A stretch of DNA of 64,000 nucleotides from Eledone cirrhosa (taxonomy: Eukaryota): the NCBI GenBank assembly GCA_964016885.1, contig OZ024740.1:10168001-10232000 (forward strand), read 5' to 3'. The stretch's first letter is position 1; each line of letters begins with the position of its first letter. Of the stretch, positions 54,501 to 64,000 are shown one piece after another. The translations under genes and the position numbers were made by a program. The notes beneath the pieces were generated by a model, which was not told the DNA's origin, ran no database searches, and saw only the letters and a list, made by a program, of their open reading frames with translations.

Positions 54501-57049
54501 AATATAGAGTGTATATAGGGTTATAGTATAGAGTGTGTATAGGTGTTATAGTATAGAGTGTATATAGGTGTTATAGTATAGAGTGTATATAGGTGTTATA
54601 GTATAGAGTGTATATATGTGTTATAGTATAGAGTGTATATAGGTGTTATAGTATAGAGTGTATATAGGTGTTATAGTATAGAGTGTGTATAGGTGTTATA
54701 GTATAGAGTGTATATAGGTGTTATAGTATAGAGTGTATATAGGTGTTATAGTATAGAGTGTATATAGGTGTTATAGTATAGAGTGTATGTAGGTGTTATA
54801 GTATAGAGTGTTGTAGTATAGAGTGTATATAGGTGTTATAGTATAGAGTGTGTATAGGTGTTATAGTATAGAGTGTATATAGGTGTTATAGTATAGAGTG
54901 TATATAGGTGTTATAGTATAGAGTGTATATAGGTGTTATAGTATAGAGTGTATATAGGTGTTATAGTATAGAGTGTATATAGGGTTATAGTATAAAGTGT
55001 ATATAGGGTTATAGTATAGAGTGTATATAGGGTTATAGTATAGAGTGTATATAGGGTTATAGTATAAAGTGTATATAGGTTTATAGTATAGAGTGTATAT
55101 AGGGTTATAGTATAGAGTGTATATAGGGTTATAGTATAGAGTGTATATAGGTGTTATAGTATAGAGTGTATATAGGGTTATAGTATAGAGTGTATATAGG
55201 GTTATAGTATAGAGTGTATATAGGTGTTATAGTATAGAGTGTATATAGGGTTATAGTATAGAGTGTATATTGGGTTATAGTATAGAGTGTATATAGGTGT
55301 TATAGTATAGAGTGTATATAGGTGTTATAGTATAGAGTGTATATAGGGTTATAGTATAGAGTGTATATAGGGTTATAGTATAGAGTGTATATAGGTGTTA
55401 TTGTATAGAGTGTATATAGGTGTTATAGTATAAAGTGTACATAGGGTTATAGTATAAAGTGTATATAGGGTTATAGTATAGAGTGTATATAGGGTTATAG
55501 TATAGAGTGTATATAGGTGTTATAGTATAGAGTGTATATAGGGTTATAGTATAGAGTGTATATATGGTTATAGTATAAAGTGTATATAGGGTTATAGTAT
55601 AGAGTGTTTATAGGGTTATAGTATAGAGTGTATATAGGGTTATAGTATAGAGTGTATATAGGTGTTATAGTATAGAGTATATATAGGTGTTATAGTATAG
55701 AGTGTATATAGGTGTTATAGTATAAAATGTATATAGGATTATAGTATAGAGTGTATATAGGGTTATAGTATAGAGTGTATATAGGGTTATAGTATAGAGT
55801 GTATATAGGGTTATAGTATAAAGTGTATATAGGGTTATAGTATAGAGTGTATATAGGTGTTATAATATAGAGTGTATATAGGGTTATAGTATAGAGTGTG
55901 TATAGGTGTTATAGTATAGAGTGTATATAGGTGTTATAGTATAGAGTGTATATAGGTGTTATAGTATAGAGTGTATATAGGTGTTATAGTATAGAGTGTA
56001 TATAGGTGTTATAATATAGAGTGTATATAGGTGTTATAGTATAGAGTGTATATAGGTGTGATAGTATAGAGTGTATATAGGTGTTATAGTATAGAGTGTA
56101 TATAGGTGTTATAGTATAGAGTGTATATAGGTGTTATAGTATAAAGTGTATATAGGATTATAGTATAGAGTGTATATAGGGTTATAGAATAGAGTGTATA
56201 TAGGGTTATAGTATAGAGTGTATATAGGGTTATATTATAAAGTGTATATAGGGTTATAGTATAGAGTGTATATAGGTGTTATAGTATAGAGTGTATATAG
56301 GGTTATAGTATAAAGTGTATATAGGGTTATAGTATAGAGTGTATATAGGTGTTATAATATAGAGTGTATATAGGGTTATAGTATAGAGTGTGTATAGGTG
56401 TTATAGTATAGAGTGTATATAGGTGTTATAGTATAGAGTGAATATAGGTGTTATAGTATAGAGTGTATATAGGTGTTATAGTATAGAGTGTATATAGGTG
56501 TTATTGTTTAGAGTGTGTATAGGTGTTATAGTATAGAGTGTATATAGGTGTTATAGTATAGAGTGTATATAGGTGTTATAGTATAGAGTGTATATAGGTG
56601 TTATAGTATAGAGTGTATGTAGGTGTTATAGTATAGAGTGTTGTAGTATAGAGTGTATATAGGTGTTATAGTATAGAGTGTATATAGGTGTTATAGTATA
56701 GAGTGTATATCGGTGTTATAGTATAGAGTGTATATAGGTGTTATAGTATAGAGTGTATATAGGTGTTATAGTATAGAGTGTATATAGGTGTTATAGTATA
56801 GAGTGTATATAGGTGTTATAGTATAGAGTGTATATAGGTGTTATAGTATAGAGTGTATATAGGGTTATAGTATAGAGTGTATATAGGGTTATAGTATAAA
56901 GTGTATATAGGTTTATAGTATAGAGTGTATATAGGGTTATAGTATAGAGTGTATATAGGGTTATAGTATAGAGTGTATATAGGTGTTATAGTATAGAGTG
57001 TATATAGGGTTATAGTATAGAGTGTATATAGGGTTATAGTATAGAGTGT

Positions 57050-60000
57050 ATATAGGTGTTATAGTATAGAGTGTATATAGGGTTATAGTATAGAGTGTAT
57101 ATTGGGTTATAGTATAGAGTGTATATAGGTGTTATAGTATAGAGTGTATATAGGTGTTATAGTATAGAGTGTATATAGGGTTATAGTATAGAGTGTATAT
57201 AGGGTTATAGTATAGAGTGTATATAGGTGTTATAGTATAGAGTGTATATAGGTGTTATAGTATAAAGTGTATATAGGGTTATAGTATAAAGTGTATATAG
57301 GGTTATAGTATAAAGTGTATATAGGGTTATAGTATAGAGTGTATATAGGTGTTATAGTATAGAGTGTATATAGGTGTTATAGTATAGAGTGTATATAGGG
57401 TTATAGTATAGAGTGTATATAGGTGTTATAGTATAGAGTGTATATAGGTTTATAGTATAGAGTGTATATAGGGTTATAGTATAAAGTGTATATAGGGTTA
57501 TAGTATAGAGTGTTTATAGGGTTATAGTATAGAGTGTATATAGGTTATAGTATAGAGTGTATATAGGTGTTATAGTATAGAGTATATATAGGTGTTATAG
57601 TATAGAGTGTATATAGGTGTTATAGTATAAAGTGTATATAGGATTATAGTATAGAGTGTATATAGGGTTATAGTATAGAGTGTATATAGGGTTATAGTAT
57701 AGAGTGTATATAGGGTTATAGTATAAAGTGTATATAGGGTTATAGTATAGAGTGTATATAGGTGTTATAGTATAGAGTGTATATAGGGTTATAGTATAAA
57801 GTGTATATAGGGTTATAGTATAGAGTGTATATAGGGTTATAGTATAAAGTGTATATAGGGTTATAGTATAGAGTGTATATAGGTGTTATAATATAGAGTG
57901 TATATAGGGTTATAGTATAGAGTGTGTATAGGTGTTATAGTATAGAGTGTATATAGGTGTTATAGTATAGAGTGTATATAGGTGTTATAGTATAGAGTGT
58001 ATATAGGTGTTATAGTATAGAGTGTATATAGGTGTTATAGTATAGAGTGTATATAGGTGTTATAATATAGAGTGTATATAGGTGTTATAGTATAGAGTGT
58101 ATATAGGTGTTATAGTATAGAGTGTATATAGGTGTTATAGTATAGAGTGTATATAGGTGTTATAGTATAGAGTGTATATAGGTGTTATATTATAGAGTGT
58201 GTATAGGTGTTATAGTATAGAGTGTATATAGGTGTTATAGTATAGAGTGTAAATAGGTGTTATAGTATAGAGTGTATATAGGTGTTATAGTATAGAGTGT
58301 ATGTAGGTGTTATAGTATAGAGTGTTATAGTATAGAGTGTATATAGGTGTTATAGTATAGAGTGTATATAGGTGTTATAGTATAGAGTGTATATAGGTGT
58401 TATAGTTTAGAGTGTATATAGGTGTTATAGTATAGAGTGTATATAGGTGTTATAGTATAGAGTGTATATAGGTGTTATAGTATAGAGTGTATATCGGTGT
58501 TATAGTATAGAGTGTATATAGGTGTTATAGTATAGAGTGTATATAGGTGTTATAGTATAGAGTGTATATAGGTGTTATAGTATAGAGTGTATATAGGTGT
58601 TATAGTATAGAGTGTATATAGGTGTTATAGTATAGAGTGTATATCGGTGTTATTGTATAGAGTATATATAGGTGTTATAGTATAGAGTGTATGTAGGTGT
58701 TATAGTATAGAGTGTATATAGGTGTTATAGTATAGAGTGTATATAGGGTTATAGTATAGAGTGTATATAGGTGTTATAGTATAGAGTGTATATAGGTGTT
58801 ATAGTATAGAGTGTATATCGGTGTTATAGTATAGAGTATATATAGGTGTTATAATATAGAGTATATATAGGGTTATAGTATAGAGTGTATATAGGTGTTA
58901 TAGTATAGAGTGTATATAGGTGTTATAGTATAGAGTGTATATCGGTGTTATAGTATAGAGTATATATAGGTGTTATAATATAGAGTATATATAGGGTTAT
59001 AGTATAGAGTGTATGTAGGGGGTATAGCATAGAGTATATATAGGTGTTATAGTATAGAGTATATATAGGTGTTATAGTATAGAGTGTATATAGGTGTTAT
59101 AGTATAGAGTGTATATAGGGTTATAGTATAAAGTGTATATAGGTTTATAGTATAGAGTGTATATAGGGTTATAGTATAGAGTGTATATAGGGTTATAGTA
59201 TAGAGTGTATATAGGTGTTATAGTATAGAGTGTATATAGGGTTATAGTATAGAGTGTATATAGGGTTATAGTATAGAGTGTATATAGGTGTTATAGTATA
59301 GAGTGTATATAGGGTTATAGTATAGAGTGTATATTGGGTTATAGTATAGAGTGTATATAGGTGTTATAGTATAGAGTGTATATAGGTGTTATAGTATAGA
59401 GTGTATATAGGGTTATAGTATAGAGTGTATATAGGGTTATAGTATAGAGTGTATATAGGTGTTATAGTATAGAGTGTATATAGGTGTTATAGTATAAACT
59501 GTATATAAGGTTATAGTATAAAGTGTATATAGGGTTATAGTATAAAGTGTATATAGGGTTATAGTATAGAGTGTATATAGGTGTTATAGTATAGAGTGTA
59601 TATAGGTGTTATAGTATAGAGTGTATATAGGGTTATAGTATAGAGTGTATATAGGTGTTATAGTATAGAGTGTATATAGGTTTATAGTATAGAGTGTATA
59701 TAGGGTTATAGTATAAAGTGTATATAGGGTTATAGTATAGAGTGTTTATAGGGTTATAGTATAGAGTGTATATAGGGTTATAGTATAGAGTGTATATAGG
59801 TGTTATAATATAGAGTGTATATAGGGTTATAGTATAGAGTGTGTATAGGTGTTATAGTATAGAGTGTATATAGGTGTTATAGTATAAAGTGTATATAGGA
59901 TTATAGTATAGAGTGTATATAGGGTTATAGTATAGAGTGTATATAGGGTTATAGTATAGAGTGTATATAGGGTTATAGTATAAAGTGTATATAGGGTTAT

Positions 60001-63000
60001 AGTATAGAGTGTATATAGGTGTTATAGTATAGAGTGTATATATGGTTATAGTATAAAGTGTATATAGGGCTATAGTATAGAGTGTATATAGGGTTATAGT
60101 ATAAAGTGTATATAGTGTTATAGTATAGAGTGTATATAGGTGTTATAATATAGAGTGTATATAGGGTTATAGTATAGAGTGTGTATAGGTGTTATAGTAT
60201 AGAGTGTATATAGGTGTTATAGTATAGAGTGTATATAGGTGTTATAGTATAGAGTGTATATAGGTGTTATAGTATAGAGTGTATATATGTGTTATAGTAT
60301 AGAGTGTATATAGGTGTTATAATATAGAGTGTATATAGGTGTTATAGTATAGAGTGTATATAGGTGTTATAGTATAGAGTGTATATAGGTGTTATAGTAT
60401 AGAGTGTATATAGGTGTTATAGTATAGAGTGTATATAGGTGTTATATTATAGAGTGTGTATAGGTGTTATAGTATAGAGTGTATATAGGTGTTATAGTAT
60501 AGAGTGTAAATAGGTGTTATAGTATAGAGTGTATATAGGTGTTATAGTATAGAGTGTATGTAGGTGTTATAGTATAGAGTGTTATAGTATAGAGTGTATA
60601 TAGGTGTTATAGTATAGAGTGTATATAGGTGTTATAGTATAGAGTGTATATAGGTGTTATAGTATAGAGTGTATATAGGTGTTATAGTATAGAGTGTATA
60701 TAGGTGTTATAGTATAGAGTGTATATAGGTGTTATAGTATAGAGTGTATATCGGTGTTATAGTATAGAGTGTATATAGGTGTTATAGTATAGAGTGTATA
60801 TAGGTGTTATAGTATAGAGTGTATATAGGTGTTATAGTATAGAGTGTATATAGGTGTTATAGTATAGAGTGTATATAGGTGTTATAGTATAGAGTGTATA
60901 TCGGTGTTATTGTATAGAGTATATATAGGTGTTATAGTATAGAGTGTATGTAGGTGTTATAGTATAGAGTGTATATAGGTGTTATAGTATAGAGTGTATA
61001 TAGGGTTATAGTATAGAGTGTATATAGGTGTTATAGTATAGAGTGTATATAGGTGTTATAGTATAGAGTGTATATCGGTGTTATAGTATAGAGTATATAT
61101 AGGTGTTATAATATAGAGTATATATAGGGTTATAGTATAGAGTGTATATAGGTGTTATAGTATAGAGTGTATATAGGTGTTATAGTATAGAGTGTATATC
61201 GGTGTTATAGTATAGAGTATATATAGGTGTTATAATATAGAGTATATATAGGGTTATAGTATAGAGTGTATGTAGGGGGTATAGCATAGAGTATATATAG
61301 GTGTTATAGTATAGAGTATATATAGGTGTTATAGTATAGAGTGTATATAGGTGTTATAGTATGGAGTGTATATAGGGTTATAGTATAGAGTGTATATAGG
61401 TGTTATAATATAGAGTGTATATAGGTGTTATAGTATAGAGTATATATAGATGTTATAGTATAGAGTGTATATAAGTGTTATAGTATAGAGTGTATATAGG
61501 TGTTATAGTATAGAGTGTATATCGGTGTTATAGTATAGAGTGTATATAGGTGTTATAGTATAGAGTATATATAGGTGTTATAATATAGTGTATATATAGG
61601 TGTTATAGTATAGAGTGTATATAGGGTTATAGTATAGAGTGTATATAGGTGTCATAGTATAGAGTGTATATAGGTGTTATAGTATAGAGTGTATATAGGT
61701 GTTATAATATAGAGTGTATATAGGTGTTATAGTATAGAGTGTATATAGGGTTATAGTATAGAGTGTATATAGGTGTTATAATATAGAGTGTATATAGGGT
61801 TATAGTATAGAGTGTGTATAGGTGTTATAGTATAGAGTGTATATAGGTGTTATAGTATAGAGTGTATATAGGTGTTATAGTATAGAGTGTATATAGGTGT
61901 CATAGTATAGAGTGTATATAGGGTTATAGTATAGAGTGTATATAGGTGTTATAGTATAGAGTGTATATAGGGTTATAGTATAGAGTGTATATAGGGTTAT
62001 AGTATAAAGTGTATATAGGGTTATAGTATAGAGTGTATATAGGGTTATAGTATAGAGTGTATATAGGGTTATAGTATAGAGTGTATATAGGTGTTATAGT
62101 ATAGAGTATATATAGGTGTTATAGTATAGAGTGTATATAGGTGTTATAGTATAAAGTGTATATAGGATTATAGTATAGAGTGTATATAGGGTTATAGTAT
62201 AGAGTGTATATAGGGTTATGGTATAGAGTGTATATAGGGTTATAGTATAAAGTGTATATAGGGTTATAGTATAGCGTGTATATAGGTGTTATAGTATAGA
62301 GTGTATATAGAGTTATAGTATAAAGTGTATATAGGGTTATAGTATAGAGTGTATATAGGTGTTATAATATAGAGTGTATATAGGGTTATAGTATAGAGTG
62401 TGTATAGGTGTTATAGTATAGAGTGTATATAGGTGTTATAGTATAGAGTGTATATAGGTGTTATAGTATAGAGTGTATATAGGGTTATAGTATAGAGTGT
62501 ATATAGGTGTTATAGTATAGAGTGTATATAGGGTTATAGTATAGAGTGTATATTGGGTTATAGTATAGAGTGTATATAGGTGTTATAGTATAGAGTGTAT
62601 ATAGGTGTTATAGTATAGAGTGTATATAGGGTTATAGTATAGAGTGTATATAGGGTTATAGTATAGAGTGTATATAGGTGTTATAGTATAGAGTGTATAT
62701 AGGTGTTATAGTATAAACTGTATATAAGGTTATAGTATAAAGTGTATATAGGGTTATAGTATAAAGTGTATATAGGGTTATAGTATAGAGTGTATATAGG
62801 TGTTATAGTATAGAGTGTATATAGGTGTTATAGTATAGAGTGTATATAGGGTTATAGTATAGAGTGTATATAGGTGTTATAGTATAGAGTGTATATAGGT
62901 TTATAGTATAGAGTGTATATAGGGTTATAGTATAAAGTGTATATAGGGTTATAGTATAGAGTGTTTATAGGGTTATAGTATAGAGTGTATATAGGGTTAT

Positions 63001-64000
63001 AGTATAGAGTGTATATAGGTGTTATAGTATAGAGTATATATAGGTGTTATAGTATAGAGTGTATATAGGTGTTATAGTATAAAGTGTATATAGGATTATA
63101 GTATAGAGTGTATATAGGGTTATAGTATAGAGTGTATATAGGGTTATAGTATAGAGTGTATATAGGGTTATAGTATAAAGTGTATATAGGGTTATAGTAT
63201 AGAGTGTATATAGGTGTTATAGTATAGAGTGTATATATGGTTATAGTATAAAGTGTATATAGGGCTATAGTATAGAGTGTATATAGGGTTATAGTATAAA
63301 GTGTATATAGTGTTATAGTATAGAGTGTATATAGGTGTTATAATATAGAGTGTATATAGGGTTATAGTATAGAGTGTGTATAGGTGTTATAGTATAGAGT
63401 GTATATAGGTGTTATAGTATAGAGTGTATATAGGTGTTATAGTATAGAGTGTATATAGGTGTTATAGTATAGAGTGTATATATGTGTTATAGTATAGAGT
63501 GTATATAGGTGTTATAATATAGAGTGTATATAGGTGTTATAGTATAGAGTGTATATAGGTGTTATAGTATAGAGTGTATATAGGTGTTATAGTATAGAGT
63601 GTATATAGGTGTTATAGTATAGAGTGTATATAGGTGTTATATTATAGAGTGTGTATAGGTGTTATAGTATAGAGTGTATATAGGTGTTATAGTATAGAGT
63701 GTAAATAGGTGTTATAGTATAGAGTGTATATAGGTGTTATAGTATAGAGTGTATGTAGGTGTTATAGTATAGAGTGTTATAGTATAGAGTGTATATAGGT
63801 GTTATAGTATAGAGTGTATATAGGTGTTATAGTATAGAGTGTATATAGGTGTTATAGTATAGAGTGTATATAGGTGTTATAGTATAGAGTGTATATAGGT
63901 GTTATAGTATAGAGTGTATATAGGTGTTATAGTATAGAGTGTATATCGGTGTTATAGTATAGAGTGTATATAGGTGTTATAGTATAGAGTGTATATAGGT
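57050..64000. repeat. Higher-order repeat: three related blocks (offsets ~2.26 kb and ~3.2 kb)
   Basis: GGGGGTATAGCAT variant with GCAT at 59027/61284 (2257); TATAAACTG variant with C at 59499/62718 (3219); GTAAATAGG recurs near 58250, 60506 and 63701. Confidence 0.8.

Larger units (their letters stand above)
11101..64000. repeat. 24/25-bp tandem satellite array, right segment; runs off the window end
   Basis: Same monomers and orientation as the left segment. I saw no other unique sequence or inversion up to 64000. Confidence 0.99.

Noticed and set aside
1-64000. CRISPR-like array (repeat length 24-25 bp)
   Set aside because: No unique spacers, leader or cas genes. Monomers are directly adjacent.
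1-64000. True telomerase-synthesised long telomeric repeat (yeast-type 23-25 bp)
   Set aside because: The length above 60 kb, inherited point variants and kb-scale duplications indicate recombinational satellite evolution rather than templated addition.

Overview
About 99% of this window is one eukaryotic-type satellite/minisatellite array of roughly 2,600 monomers (estimated from length). The monomers are two interspersed forms, a 24-mer TTATAGTATAGAGTGTATATAGGG and a 25-mer TTATAGTATAGAGTGTATATAGGTG. The consensus has no C on the + strand. Rare point variants reveal nested kb-scale duplications with periods of about 1.5, 2.3, 3.2, 3.4, 3.7 and 7.1 kb, plus a left-to-right turnover of variants. 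The only unique sequence is a 650-bp insertion (10451-11100) flanked by a perfect 12-bp target-site duplication (AGTATAAAGTGT). Empty copies of the same site are visible at 8119 and 12514. Read on the + strand, the insert looks like a non-autonomous, internally deleted (bipartite) RTE-clade non-LTR retrotransposon. It has a structured, RTE-like 5'UTR joined to a remnant of the ORF's C-terminal C2H2 zinc finger (CSVC...GLKSHTR), which the ORF track misses, followed by a 3' stem-loop and a short CCA tail. A degenerate HDV-like ribozyme fold near its 5' end is possible but unproven. No intact protein-coding or RNA genes are supported. Family assignments come from motif recognition, not database searches, and the host organism cannot be determined.
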